Translations under genes and position numbers: made by a program
Shown here: positions 12,761 to 26,415 of the stretch, one piece after another
How positions within the stretch are numbered: the stretch's first letter is position 1
Layout of the letters: each line of letters opens with the position of its first letter
NCBI GenBank assembly: GCA_052327205.1
Contig: CM126207.1
Span: 257,858,001 to 257,922,000 of the forward strand
DNA: 64,000 bases
Direction of reading: 5' to 3'
From: Somniosus microcephalus
Taxonomy: Eukaryota
Notes under the pieces: generated by a model
Told to the model about the DNA's origin: nothing
The model's input: the letters and a program-made list of their open reading frames with translations, nothing else
The model's database searches: none

Positions 12761-12930
12761 CTGCCCCCATTTTTCATGCAGTATGATTTTTGCCATTCCC
12801 ATTTGCAACTTTTTTTATCTTTCCTGCAGGATGTTCTTTCAACTCCTTCCTCCCCTCCTAACCCCACCCACCGCCCCCCCCCCCCCGTCTCTGCACCTGC
12901 TTAATATCTGTTACATCTCCAGCTTTTTCC

Positions 12931-12967
12931 AGTTCTGATGAAGGGTCCCAGACCTGAAACATTAACT
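12931..12967 (+). ncRNA. Minimal hammerhead ribozyme, stem III mutated (ACGT>ACAT)
   Basis: AGTT-CTGATGA-AGGGTCCCAGACCT-GAAAC-ATT-AACT. Confidence 0.7.
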
Positions 12968-13394
12968 CTGTTTCTCTCTCCACAGATGCTGCCTGGCCTG
13001 CTGAGTATTTCCAGCATTTTCTGTTGTTATGACATGATACAGGTCTTTGGAGTAATGAATCGCACAGATAAGGTTGAAGTAAACAAGCTATTTAACTTGG
13101 ACAATGGATATAGAGCTGGAGTACTCAAGTAAAAAATTCACAAGTACAGTACAAATCTTTCCTCTAGAAGATACTTTCCACATGCCAGGTAGGAAGGGGA
13201 GTTTAGTGCGTCTTGAAGAATGAAATCAACAGAAGTGGTCAATGAGAGAATAACCATACATGTAATGGATGTAGTGAGTGATTTGGCCTTTTCTTGCTCC
13301 AGACTTTCATAGTTTCTTATGGTATACATGAGAAGCTGGCTGGTGGGAAAAGAAAGAGCTACAGAGAGCTCCCAACTTATTAAATGCAGCAAAA

Positions 13395-14115
13395 TAATGT
13401 TTGGGGTGGGTAATGACAATGAACTGTCAGCGTTCACCGTCATTAGCCCTCTGAAACTGACCGTAACTTCAGGATTTAGCGTGTGTACAGCCAAACGCGG
13501 AAATCCTGAAATTGCGGTCAGTCATTCACTGCTCCGACACTGGCTGCGCTGTGGATCCGCCCCCCCCCCCCCCCACAACTGGCAATCAGTGACATCAGTG
13601 GAACTGATGAAAATGTAAGCTTTTCCGTGCTAATATCGCTGTTAAATATCTCATTAAATGTTAAGCCTTGTTGAAATAGGTATAACAGGGGTTTTAACAG
13701 CGTATTGACTGCTAACCAACCATTTTGGCCCTGAAAAACTAATTTTATATTTGTGGAATGTCAAATTTCTCCATTATGATTAAAAAATACTAGATTAAAA
13801 AAAAAAATTAATATTTGTTCATGATATTTCAGCTTCTACCTTAACCCCATGTGTATGTCCCTATCTTTATTTCGCTCTCTGTTACATTTTTAAAAAGTGC
13901 AAATAATCAGTGCTTTTCATTTCCTGGTTTGCTGTCTGAGAATTCTTCAATGTGATTGGCTGCTTAGACAGCTTGCTGACATCACTGCTGCTCTATGCTG
14001 GGAATCCCCTATTGACATCATTACAATCAATTACACATTGAGGAAGCTAAAGTTCTCATCACAGAGATGCAAGCGTGGGCGGTGTTGCATTGCCGCTGAC
14101 CACAAATTACGGGCC
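13395..14115. mobile_element. Harbinger-like MITE (reverse orientation of 48486-49232)
   Basis: Right end CAAATTACGGGCC; 13900-13985 is the reverse complement of ~48645-48730; left end degraded. Confidence 0.65.
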
Positions 14116-15774
14116 AATAACTACAAAAAAGGAGTAATTAAAAAATGAAAGACGAAGGATTAACTTAGTTACATTTCTTCATTTCTCAGTCACCAAATCG
14201 GGAAAAGATTTTGCATCTTAGCTAGTTAGTGATTTAATTTTAAAACATAGCGTGAACCTAATCAGCGGAAGTGGTGCAATAATACAATGCTCCACCACTC
14301 TGTGCCACTTGTTGGAACATGGTTGACTTACCCCATTTCTCTTCTGACAACAAGATTCTAATCTCTGCTGTGTCTCAAGGCACCTTCACCATCCACTTCG
14401 GAAAAAAAACGACAATAGTCGCATCAGCTCAGAGTCATGTTTGTGTTCTCCATCTGTCTGTGTACAAGCAGATGGCTAGCAAGGCTGATATGTATGCGGG
14501 AAACCTGTATGTATCTGATTTGTTGGTATTTATCACTAGCAGGTTGAGCTTTCAGAAGAGCCATCCACTCCTTTCTTTTCTCCTGTGGAGTTGTCAGTCA
14601 ATGACTTTTGAAGTGCAATACTCCTTTGCAAATAGCAGTGCACAAGCCCAACTGGCCCACGGCAGTGCATTCCCAATCTTCCATTGATCATAGTATGCTT
14701 GAGTGCATCTTTGAATCATTTGTGCTGGCCACCTCTCTTATGTTTTCTCTCCTTGAGCTCTCCATGAAACACTTGTTTTTTGGAAAGCCGATTCTCGTCC
14801 ATTCGCCCCACGAGACCAATCCAGTACAGCTGTGCATGTAACAGCTTTGCCTCAACGGCCCTCGGGGGTAAGCTCTGAGTTGAAAGTCATGTGATTTCTG
14901 ACAGGGGAGGAGGAAGGGTAGGTCAGAAAAGGAGTTAACTTGGTCTGCACCCTCGCACATATTTGTGGTGGGATCAAAAACTGAATTGCAGATGCCAGGG
15001 AAGAAGTCAGCCTCTTGCTCCCTGAGCCACAGGATGGTGTGTTGCACGGGGGAGCTGGGGGAGGGAGGAGATTTCATTTTAAAGATGAACAAAGTGATTT
15101 AAAAAAAAGTTTGCTCGTTTAAAAAAAATTCCTACCATATTGTACGTGGCTCAGGATTTTTCGCCGCACTACAGACAACTATATTATTTTAAAAAATACA
15201 GTGACCAGTATTCTATCAGATAAGGTGATGACATTCCAGATCACCCTGCCAAAGGAATGAGGGATGACTACATGTGGAATGCTGGTATAAGGTTTCCCTC
15301 AGGGACTAGACACAGTTGTTATATTTCACTGAATGAATAGGGAGTATTGTGGCCACACAGATAAATTTATTGTCCTTAGGGGGGATTAGATGGGCCTCTG
15401 ATGTGAGGTGTTATGGAGGAGTACCTGTCTGAGCCCAAGCTGATGGACAGGGAGAGAAAAATCAGTTTTCACATTCAAAATTAGCAATACTGTGGCTATA
15501 ATAATTTCTCCATTTATTCCCATTTCCAAGAAGCAAAACGGAACGGATTTCCTAATTTTCTTTCACAATGTTCAAGTCTGAATTCAATCCTGCAAGCGGT
15601 GGTTTTTGAGGCCAAACAACTTGTTTCACCAGAGCAGGGACTTGACTCTGAGGACGTTGGGTCAACATACTGGCATTCGCCATTGCTTGCTATGTTTGGA
15701 CTCAACCAAAGATGGATTCTATAGCGATTCTGGGTAAGTCTTTATCCAGTAGCAACTCCACGTTAACTTTGGAT

Positions 15775-16560
15775 TTGAGAGGACAGCAGATGACTCAATG
15801 GGTAAATGCACTGCACAGTGTGCTGGTCAGCCGTACAGACTTGGGCTGTCCCAAGTTCAAACCCTGTGTGCGCTGATGTTAACCAGGGCAGCAGTGGGAC
15901 CACTGCAAGTGGCCTTGGTGCCACTGGGCTAGGGAGGGGAAAAATCAGCCAGGGTCTCTGCTGTTAATGCCTGTTGTCAGCTGTAGCTCAGTGGGTAGCA
16001 TTCTTCTGAGTCAGAAGGTTGTGAGTCCCACTCCAGAGACTTGAGCACACAGATCTAGGCTGACACTCCTGCACAGTGCTGAGGGAGTGCTGCACTGTCG
16101 GGGGTGCTGTCTTTCGGATGAGACGTTAAACTGAGGCCCCGTCTGCTCTCAAATGGACCTAAAAGATCCCATGGCACTATTTCAAAAAAGAGCAGTGGAA
16201 TTCTCCCTGGTGTCCTGGCCAATATTTATCCCTCAATCAACATCACTAAACCAGATTATCTGGTCATTATCACATTGCTGTTTGTGGGAGCTTACTGTGC
16301 ACAGATTAGCTGCTGCGTCTCCTACATTACGACACTTCAAAAGTATTTCATTGTCTAAAGCACTTTGGGATGTCCGGTGGTCGTGAAAGGCGCTAAATAA
16401 ATGCAAGTCTTTCTTTTCATTTCCTATCCAGCGCCCTCTGCTGGAAAGTGCAAGTGTGTGGACATTGGGTGAGAGGTCAATAGGTTAGCAGAGGGCAGCC
16501 AGCATCTGTGGAGTCACACTCACGACGTCAGTCAGTGGTTTAAGGAAAGGAGGAGAGACA
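15775..16560 (+). mobile_element. Older tRNA-headed SINE (LF-SINE/AmnSINE-like) interrupted by a DeuSINE-like copy
   Basis: A/B-box-like TGACTCAATGGG..GTTCAAACC; related pieces at ~38900-39160 and ~50675-50870. Family assignment is tentative. Confidence 0.4.
15975..16412 (+). mobile_element. DeuSINE-like SINE (tRNA head, L2-like tail)
   Basis: TAGCTCAGTGGG A-box, central block TGAGACGTTAAACTGAGGCCCCGTCTGC, tail AAAGGCGCTAAATAAATGCAAGTC; multiple copies in the window. Confidence 0.75.
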
Positions 16561-19500
16561 CCTAGAAAAAAAAAATCTCCAGTTGCGTTTCAGCAATTTC
16601 AGTGTGTTTACTCAACACGTTTCATAATTTGGTGTTGAGTTCAAACTGGATCATTTGAAGAATAAATAGTGCCTTGTAGGCTGGCCTGATGTAACAAGTG
16701 AAATGTGGAATGCTTTTATCCTGACCAGCAGACCATGCATTTAAGTCCCAGGCCTGCATGTAACTTCAATCTACTTGCCATGGTGTATGGTCTACTGCAT
16801 TTTGTAAGTTCTCAGTGAGGCCACTAGATTGAATTCCATACAGAGGCAAAGTATTCTCATTTGAAGGAAGGAACTGACATTATCCTTTTTTGCATATCAC
16901 ATCTCCTGTGAACTAACCCTGAAGCTCTTTGAACCTCCCTCTTGGACTATGTCCATGGACTAGACTGTCCTGCAGCTTGGCTGGAAAAGGGAGCACCAGG
17001 GTAAGAAGCCTGAGAAATAGGAGCCATTGGGGAAGAACATTGTAATTTAGTTGTAATCTATTGCTTTCCCTTAATTCAAAAGATCCCACATTATACGAGT
17101 TACCAACTGTTCATGTTTGTTCCAAAAATGAATCCTGTTGTGAAGGAACTTTAGCTCAGGGATAACTTTAATAAATACGTTTATTTACTAACCTAGTAAA
17201 CTTCTTATGATTTGGAAAACAGATGTAGACCAAAAGGGTTAAGCTGGTATGTAACCAGTTACTAAGAAACAGAGAACTGTTGCCAAGTGGGCCCCAACTG
17301 GTAACTCAGTAGGAGGTCATAAACTTCATTATTACCTAGATCCCTACGTCTGTCTCTGAAAAATCCATCTTATTTTTGCTTACTGATTTATTTTAGTACG
17401 CTGGCTAGGGAACTGGTGTCAAAATACATTAACTGCTTTTTGCTATTATTAATGTTGTGTAACATTTTGTGCAAATGTGGGCATTGTTATAAACATATAA
17501 ATGAGCTGCATGAGCTTTGGTGTTGAGAAAAGTGGGGGTCACATAGACACTTGACAATTTCTGCATTCCTCCAGTCTAGTAGAACGCTTTGTAGGAGGTT
17601 AGATGAGGAACAGCCTTTTATTCTGTAACTGAAGCAATGAGAGGGAGGGGAGAGAAAGTAAAAGGAATACTTCCATGATATGGCAATCTGGTAGGATCCT
17701 GGATTCCTTCTCGCAAATTGTGAGGGTGCTGGGTTTTAACTGTGGCTTCAACAAATGGACAAAGTGATAAAGACACACAGCAGGGATCAATCTGCCTCCA
17801 AATATAGTACAGCAACAGATGGCAACGTTAACTCCTAGTTAACTACCTTTCCCATTTTTTTCAATCACTCTGTGGTCTTTGTAGATACAACAGGGCCGAT
17901 TGGAGTAATAGGGATGCTAATATTTTTTGAACTCGGCTGAGTGATAAACTATCAGTAAAACAAAGGTTGACTCAGAAAAAGTTTACCTTGGTGTTTATGT
18001 TTTCTTTTTCCTGCAATATGGTCACAGACCATTAAGAAACAGTTCAGTTTGCAAATTTCCTTTCTATCCTAAGTTGTTACAAATAGCAAAGGCAGTTGGA
18101 GAACACAAATAACTAACTTTATGCAACTCAATCATCTTAATTGGTGTTATTACTGTTTGACTATTTAAGTTCTACCAGATGATAGAATGCCTACTAAGAC
18201 AGCCATTAAGCTGCTTTGTTGTCAGTGTGTTATCATATGTACAGTAGGTGTGCGCTGTCTCTCCGACCTCTTGACAGTCACTGGCAAAGGTCGATTTGAT
18301 TTAAAGATGACACTGACTGCACCAACCCAGCTCGATTCCGCGCAGTAATGCAGTGTCATTAACTTCATGCACAATGGCTTGAGGTCACGACTGCAGAGAA
18401 AAAAGAAAACTTCATTCTGATTAGCTACATCGTCCTCCAGTGTAATTTTTCAGCGTGGTTCTCTTTGCAGTGAGCTGTCAGCATCCCCTCCAACTGCTAT
18501 TAATCTTTTCTCTTACCATTTTGGAGCCTGTATATCTCTGAAGGGCCCTTAAATGGTGAATTTTGATTTTCCTCAGGTTCCAGTGCTGTTTCCCATCTTT
18601 ATGCCAGAAAATAACTTTTATTTTTTTCCATAAAGCAGATGGAGATTCAGATAGTGACAATTCATCTGTTAGACACAAGATAGCTAGCGTTAGTTTTCCA
18701 TATTGAGTCATGATGTGTTTTGCATACGTTTGTTGCTCTCCAAAGACAACCTTTCTCCCTGAGCACTAAATATGAGCGGCATTTTTCAGATTCTTCACAC
18801 AATGCATTTAACATAGCAATAGTGCTTGGAAAGATTTATTTCTAGCTTTTATTTTCATTCATACAAGTGTCGCCGTTGCTTTTTTTTTCCATTCCTGATA
18901 TTTTTCCCAAGTATAGTCTGAATGTCTCCCATATCGTGAGAAAAATTCAACAAAAAAATGTAACCTTTGCTGTGAACTAAATTTCCTTTGCAACTTGCGT
19001 CAAAGAGGTATTTTTTCCCAGAATTTAATGTTGGCAAAAGTAAACCTCTGGATTAAAAAAAAAATATAGGCTGAATTAGTGCCAGCCTCAAATATGACCC
19101 GGATGTAAGGTGGTCCTTCAAGTTGGCCCATCAAAATTTGAGTAACCCTAGTTGAATATAACATGGAGGAGCTATTTTACGCTTAGAAAAATATTACAGC
19201 AATAATACCTATTTGCCCTTTTCCTCTGAAATTGTTGTGTTAACAATTGGTGGACATGAGTAAAAACAAGTGGGTTTTTTTTTCCAAAATTTTCCCCACT
19301 ATTCTCTTCTCTCCTGAAGGAATTGGGTCAATTTTCAACTTGCTGCTCGGGCAAAAAAAACTGGCATTGGCCGCCCATTATAGAACCCACCAGATGTTTA
19401 TTTCCAGTTAAGCCATTTAACTATGGGAGGCTTCACAGCCGAGCTCTACCTTGTCCCTACTCAGCATCTACATACGTGTATCTGCAGCATGGGTGACTGG

Positions 19501-20379
19501 ATTGCAATGAGTAGCAGGAACCTGGGTCAGATCAAGCTACCCGCAAGGGTCGGGTTGAGTCAGGAGTGCCAGCGGGAGCTGGATTAATAAGGGGGATTTG
19601 ACCTACATCCCCTGGACCCCATAATCAGATTATTCCCAAACAAATACTAACTTTTTTTTTTAGTTCTCAGTATGTGGGCATTGTTGCAAGGCTGAATTTA
19701 CTGCCCATCATTACAACAGTGAGTACACTTCAAAAATACCTAATCGGCTGTAAAATGCTTTGGGACATCCTGAGGTTGTGAAAGGCGCTATATAAATACA
19801 AGTCTTTCTTTATTTTTATCCCTAATTGCCCTAAGCAGGTGGTGCTGAGCCTTCTCCTTGAACCAGTTCAGTCGATGTGGTGCTCCCACAATGGTGTTAG
19901 GTAGAGATTTCAGGATATTCACCCAGCGCCGATGAAGGAACGGTGGGTGATATAGGTTCAAGTCGGGCTGGTGTGTGACTTGGAGGAGTACTTCTTTTGT
20001 ATGGCTAACACCATTCTGGAGTTCAGGTCTTGCTTTTCAGTTCTGTTCGCCCCACGCAAAAGTGCATGATTTTATCCTGCCTGGCCATTTAACAAGGTCT
20101 TTCACAGCCATTGACGAGCCCTTAGCAAGCACATTTTCGGCTTTTCCTGCTATCCTCTTTAGACTCATTTTAGGCTGTTCGCAAAACTAAGATTATTGAA
20201 AGAAAAGGGTGTTACTGTTTTCCTTCATCAGTCTGCTTTTTAGTTACTTGTGAACAGTACATCTGAAGGTATAATACCCTTACTAAGCCAACACTCTGAA
20301 AAAGAGAACAACTTAAGCAGGAAAGGCTGGACACAATTTAAAAACAGTCCTGCTTAGCTGAGACAGGAACCATTAATCT

Positions 20380-20660
20380 CGGTTGAGACGTTAAACCGAG
20401 GCCCCGTCTGCTCTCTCAGGTGGACAGAAAAGGTCTTGAAGAAGAGCAGGGGAGTTATCCTCGGTGTCCTGCCTCAACCAACATCACTAAAAAGCAGATT
20501 GTCTGGTAGTTATCGCAATGCTGTTTGTGGGAGTTTACTATGTGCAAAATGGCTGCCGTATTTCCCACAACAGCGACTACACTTCAAAAGTACTTAATTG
20601 TAAAGCGCTTTGGGACATCCTGAATGTTGTGAAAGACGCTATATAAATGCAAATTCTTTC
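20380..20660 (+). mobile_element. DeuSINE-like SINE, 5'-truncated
   Basis: Same central block and tail as 15975-16412. Confidence 0.7.
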
Positions 20661-20813
20661 TATTTTTTCACTCTATCAGTTGCAGGTGCTTAATTTCCTA
20701 TTCAAATTAATAAGTTTCACACAGTAAAAATCACAAGTGAATTTTAGTGTGTACTCGTGATACTGAATAGAGCCATTCAGAATTTAAAAGGGGCAAGCAA
20801 TGTTATGGACAAG

Positions 20814-23800
20814 TGTTGAGTCTGTGTTTTCAAATGTAGTTATGCTGAATAACAGGACACAGACTACAGAAGTAATTAAACAGGTCTTTAGTGATTGAGG
20901 GTCAGGGCTGAACTGGGATACACTTTGCTCCGCAGGGTTTATATACCGGTGTGGTCACCACCGGTACTACAATGTACAGGAGCCATCAAAAAGTAGTCCT
21001 TAAGGTATCCTCTTAAGGTGGTACAGGTTACATACACTGCAATTCCTCCCTTTTTAGCTTAACAGTGTACCCCCCAAATTAAACATTACATGGATAACAT
21101 ATATACAATTTTCACACAAACTGTTCAAAGATTCAGTCTCTGAGGAGGCCTCCTGATCCGGGCCGGATAACGCCTTTCAGGGGTCTCTGGTTCTCGTTGC
21201 TGGGGTGACTCATCCATTTGATCTCCTATGGATTGAACATCATCATGTACGTTCGAGTCTGAGGTAGATGCTACAGGCTCAATAAATTCTTCAACTGGTG
21301 TCTCTGCCGTAGACATGGGGTCGACCCTTGTTCTCGATTCCACAAGTTGGTCAGCATGACGTCGTATTACGTTCTCTCCAACGTCTACCATGTACATCAA
21401 GGGTCCTTGTCAGGCACGAATTGTTCCGGATTGTCATTTATCATCCCTATAGCCCCTGGCCAACACTGGTTGTCCTATTTCGAAACTACGAGTGGCCTTG
21501 TTATTTACATGCTGGAATTGCTTGTTTTCGACTTCCCTTCGCACATTGGGTTTTAACAAATCCAACCGGGACCGCAACCTCCTGTTATAGAGCATCATGG
21601 CAGGGCTTTGATTTGTCACTGCATGCGTGGCGTTTCGATACACCATCAGGAAATTGTCCACCTTGTGTTGTAGTGGAATATGGTCTTCGCTCATGGCCTT
21701 TATTGCCTTTTTGAACGTTTGTACAAATCTCTCGGCCAACCCATTTGTAGCCGGATGATATGGGGCAGATGTATAGTGTTTCACCCCATTCTTTTTCATG
21801 AATTTCTGGAATTCTTCTGACATGAACTGTGGTCCGTTGTCTGAACATATTTGTTCCGGCAACCCATTCCTTGCAAATATGGTTCTTAGAACTGCGATCG
21901 TCTTCTCAGAGGTAGTGGTCGACATCTTAATCACTTCTGGCCATTTAGAATGTGCGTCTACTGCTATCAAAAACATGGAATCCATGAATGGACCTGCAAA
22001 GTCGATATGCACACGTTGCCATGGGGTTGAAGGCCATTCCCACGGATGCAGCGGTGCAATTGGAGGTGCATTTTGAACTTTTTGGCACCCTGAGCAGCTT
22101 TTAGTCAGATCCTCTATTTGTTTGTCGATACCTGGCCACCACACATAAGCCCTAGCAAGGCTTTTCATCTTGACTCCCCCCAGATGACCTTCATGCAATT
22201 CCTTCAGAACTCTCTCCCTTAATTTAGGAGGCATAATCACCCTTGTTCCATACATCAATGTTCCTTGACATACGGACAGCTGTTCTCGTCTGGCTGAGAA
22301 TGCTGGTAACAGTGGGTCGCCATGTGCTGGCCATCCCTTCACTGTCAAGTCGTAGGCCCGAGACAGTGTTGGGTCGTTTCGGGTCTCTCTCTCAATACCC
22401 GCATTGGTGACTGGTAAGCATTCGATGATGGTCGAGTGAAATATCTCGACAGGGTCAACTGCCAGTGCCTCTTCCGCTGTAGGTAGTGGCAGGCGCGACA
22501 ACCCAGCAGCATTACCATGTTGCTTTGTACCTTTGAATTCAATATCATATTGATGTGCCCCTAGGAAAAGGGATCATCTCTGAAGCCTCTGCGCCGTCAT
22601 CACCGGAACACCCTTCTTAGGGTTGAAAATGGAAATCAATGGCTGGTGATCTGTCAGCAGCGTAAACTTTTGGCCTTGCAGGTAATGGTTAAATTTCTTA
22701 ACTCCCCACACGAGGCTGAGAGCCTCCCTATCTATCTGAGCATAGTTGCGCTCAGCGGAGGTCAATGATCTGGATGCGAACGCGACTGGCCTTTCCGAGC
22801 CATTTGGAAACTTGTGAGAGCACTGCCCCGATACCATATGGAGAAGCATCACAAGCTAAGCGAATAGGCAGCGTTGGGTTAAAGTGAGCCAACACTTCCT
22901 TAGAGGTGATCAGTGCCTTGCTCTTTTGAAAAGCCCGCTTACAATCATCGCTCCACTTCTATGGTATTCCCATTTGCAAAAGAGTGTTCAGCTGGCGTAA
23001 CACCGTGGATAAATTTGGAAGAAACTTGTGGTAATAGTTAACCAACCCAAGGAACGACCTCAACAGGGATACATTTTCCGGTGCAGGAGCTTTCACAACA
23101 GCTTCGATCTTGTCAGGTGACTTATGAAGCCCCTCCTGGTCAATGACGTGGCCGCAGTACGAGATTCGCTTTTGAAAGAACTCACATTTCTGGCGATTAA
23201 CTCTGAGCCCATATTCTTTCAATCTGATGAGCACCTGCTCCAAATTCGCGAGGTGATCCTTATCATCATCTCCTGTAATCAGGATGTCATCCAGGTAGCA
23301 TTGTGTGCCTGGAATCCCCTGCAATACCTGCTCCATGGCCCTTTGTCAAATCGCTGGAGCCGATGCCACTCCAAAAAGCAGTCTATTATACCGATATAAG
23401 CCCTTATGTGTGTTGATCGTGAGATACTGGCGTGACGTTTCATCAACTTCCATCTGTAGGTACGCCTGCGCCAGGTCTATCTTGGTGAAGTGTTTCCCGC
23501 CAGACAGCGAAGCGAAGATATCTTCAATCCGCGGAAGCAGATATTGCACCGTGTGAAGAACCGGATTAACAGTGATCTTGAAATCGCCACAGATGCGAAC
23601 CTTCCCAGGCTCCCCCGGCTTGTTGCTCAACGAACGCTTCATGACAGGAACAATGGGTGTGGCCCATTCGCTCCAGTCCACCTTGGACAGTACTCCTGAA
23701 CGTTCTAGCCCTTCCAGCTCTGCATCCACAGCAGGTCGTATCGCATAAGGTACCGGTCTGGCTTTGAAAAATTTTGGGTTTGCATGTTCTTCAACCTTGA

Positions 23801-25869
23801 TGTTTGCCGTAATTCCTTTCAGTGTTCCCAGTCCCTGTTGGAACACCTCCTTAGCATCGTCTAATATTTTGGACAGTCGTTTAGGTTTGACGTCGTCCTC
23901 TTTACAGGCATCTACAGTCAGTGCTTGTATGGAATGCCAGTCCACATTTATTCTCCGGATCCATTCCCATCCCAGTAGTGGCGGACCTCCATCAGGTAAC
24001 ACATACAAGTCCATTTTCTGACTTTCTTTACCATTGTAGACCACATTTACTTTTATCTTTCCTTTGGGGTATACTATTTGCCCCGTGTATGTTTTCAATA
24101 CAATCTCCGTATCCCTCAGGGGAATGTGCAAGAATAACCTTTTGTAATCTTGCTTATTCATGACCGTTAATGCCGATCCAGTGTCCAATTCCATTTTCAC
24201 TTGGACACCTGCTATCCGAAGCATGACCCAGATAGTTTGGTGGTCTGCTGTGTTACCCACATTATGTATTTTTAGACAACCCAGTTCCTTACTGCTGGAG
24301 TCTGAATCCATCTTTTGTTCATCCGAACTGTTCTCTGTCACCTTGTGTACTTTTTTGTACTTCTCCTGCGGCGACTTTTTGCTGCTGGTCTTCGTTCCTG
24401 ACCGGCATACTCTCGCTATGTGACCAAGTTTGCCACATTGCCTGCATTCTTTATCTTTGAACCAGCACTGGTTCTGGTCATGCGTTGTCCTTCCGCAACG
24501 ATAGCACTTTACTGCGCCCAATGCCATTTCATTGGTGCTGAATTCCAATGGCCTTTGCTGTATCTCTGCAGCACCTCGTGCTGCTGCCTCGTGCGATGCT
24601 GCAATGCTGAAAGCTTTGTCCAGCGTAAGGTCCTTTTCCTCTAGCAGTCGCTTCTGGGTTCCTTCCCTTAGGAGCCCACACACAAACTTATCTCTCAGTG
24701 TGTCTGCTAGTCCTGTACCGAACTGACAGTACTTTGATAACTTGCGCAGTTCGGTTAGGAATTCAGCGTTGCTTTCTTCTTTAAGTTGAATTCTTTTGTA
24801 GAATTTAAATCGTTCCGCTATCAGCAGCGGCGTGGGGTTTAAATGCTCTTGCAGGATAGTAACAATATCCGCGAAACTCTTCCCTACCGGTTTGTCTGGT
24901 GTTACCAGGTTCCTTAATAACCCATACGTCTTCGCACCCATCGAGTTTAATAGGGTTAATGCTTTCTTATCCTCCGGTACCTCATTCGTTGTACAGTAAA
25001 CTTCGATGCATTCCACATAAGTGGCCCAATCTTTCACATCGTTATCAAAAGCAGTGATGTTACCCATTTTTGGCATCCTTGTTGAGTTTCCTTTCCTTCG
25101 GATATGATTATTATTTTATTTTATTTTTTCAAAATGGCGGCTTTTCCCGCGCTTGTCTTCTTCCCCCGCCAACTCAATATGGCGATTCCCGCGCTGTTGC
25201 CGTTCACACCTCCCAGCGGTCCTTTATTTTCCCCTACGCTGCTGCTCTTGTTCCCCGCCGCTCCCGCGGTCCTTGTGGTCATAAACGCTTTTCTGGCTGC
25301 TGCGCGTCTCTGCCCCGATAGCAGTCCGGCCCCTGACACCGGCTGCGGTCGTGTTCTCCGCCCTTTTCGTCGTTTCCCCTCCCCTTCTCTTACTGACAAC
25401 TCGGCCGACTTCCCCCCCGTGCCGCTCGATCGGGCTTACCCGCCGCTGTCATCGAAGGGATGTTCACTGATGTTTGACTTCGTGGCCAGAAACCAACCCG
25501 GGTTCCCGATGGCCTCCCGTGCGATGCAGTGCCCAGCAGGATGTTGAGGGTGGATGTCCTTGTTCGACGCCCATTTCAGAGGACGAAGCTTCCTTTGATG
25601 CAACTGCCGCTAGGTAAGATCAGACTCGTCGCCACTGTTGAGTCTGTGTTTTCAAATGTAGTTATGCTGAATAACAGGACACAGACTACAGAAGTAATTA
25701 AACAGGTCTTTAGTGATTGAGGGTCAGGGCTGAACTGGGATACACTTTGCTCCGCAGGATTTATATACCGGTGTGGTCACCACCGGTACTACAATGTACA
25801 GGAGCCATCAAAAAGTAGTCCATCACCTTAAGGTATCCTCTTAAGGTGGTACAGGTTACATACACTACA
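20814..25869 (-). mobile_element. Ty3/Gypsy LTR retrotransposon A (Mag-like), full length, disrupted
   Basis: LTRs 20814-21041 and 25636-25869 (TG..CA; 2 substitutions and a 6-bp indel); TSD ACAAG; PBS TGGCGACGAG (tRNA-Ser-like); PPT at ~21042-21056. Confidence 0.97.
21125..25076 (-). pseudogene. gag-pol: gag-pol of Gypsy A (2x CCHC, protease, RT, RNase H, integrase)
   Basis: CYRCGRTTHDQNQC, LDTGS, YLDD, TDHQPL, HIDFAGPF, SDNGPQF, AERFV; split by stops and frameshifts. Confidence 0.95.
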
Positions 25870-25974
25870 ACAAGCACCACCTCTGAAGGGAACATGCCCT
25901 TAAGACCATTTCCTTATAGTATCATGATACTTAAGCAAAATTTCTCCCTGTGCCAGCCCATGGATAATTAAGAA

Positions 25975-26415
25975 AGAAAGACTTGCATTTCTATAGCGCC
26001 TTTCACAACCACAGGATGTCCCAAAGCACTTTACAGCCAATGAAGTACTTTTTTGAAGTGTAGTCACTGGTGTAATGTGGGAAACACAGCAGGCAATTTG
26101 CGCACAGCAAGCTCCCACAAACAGCAATGGGATAATGACCAGATAATCTGTTTTAGTGATGTTGATTGAGGGATAAATATTGGCCTGAACACCAGGGAGA
26201 ATGCCCCTGTTCTTCTTTGAAATAGTGCCATGGGATCTTTTACATCCACCTGAGAGAGCAAATGGGACCTCAGTTTAATGTCTCATCCAAAAGACGGCAC
26301 CTCTGACAGTTCAGCACTCCCTCAGTACTGCACTGGAGTGCCAGCCTAGATTTATGTGCTCAAGTCTCTGTTGTGGGACTAGAAACCCACAACCTTCTGA
26401 CTCAGAGGTGAAGCC
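25975..26415 (-). mobile_element. DeuSINE-like SINE, near full length
   Basis: Reverse complement of the 15975-16412 family. Confidence 0.75.

Larger units (their letters stand above)
9843..13030 (+). mobile_element. Penelope-like retroelement (Neptune-type), with inverted 3'-end copy at the 5' side
   Basis: 14-bp TSD GACATGATACAGGT (9829-9842, 13031-13044); 9843-10144 is the reverse complement of the 3' UTR; RT and GIY-YIG ORFs. Confidence 0.92.
8340..13260 (+). mobile_element. Ancient CR1 ORF2 remnant fragmented by L2, SINE and Penelope insertions
   Basis: Degraded motifs FQKAF (~8455), GPLLF (~8620), LEY (~9660) and RLRRDMIQV spanning the Penelope TSD. Confidence 0.6.

Noticed and set aside
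15530-15739. Possible plus-strand exon ending at GTAAGT
   Set aside because: All three frames hit stops before the donor; no protein recognised.
15980-16050. tRNA-like A/B boxes (also ~8955 and ~53440)
   Set aside because: These are SINE heads without a full cloverleaf, not tRNA genes.
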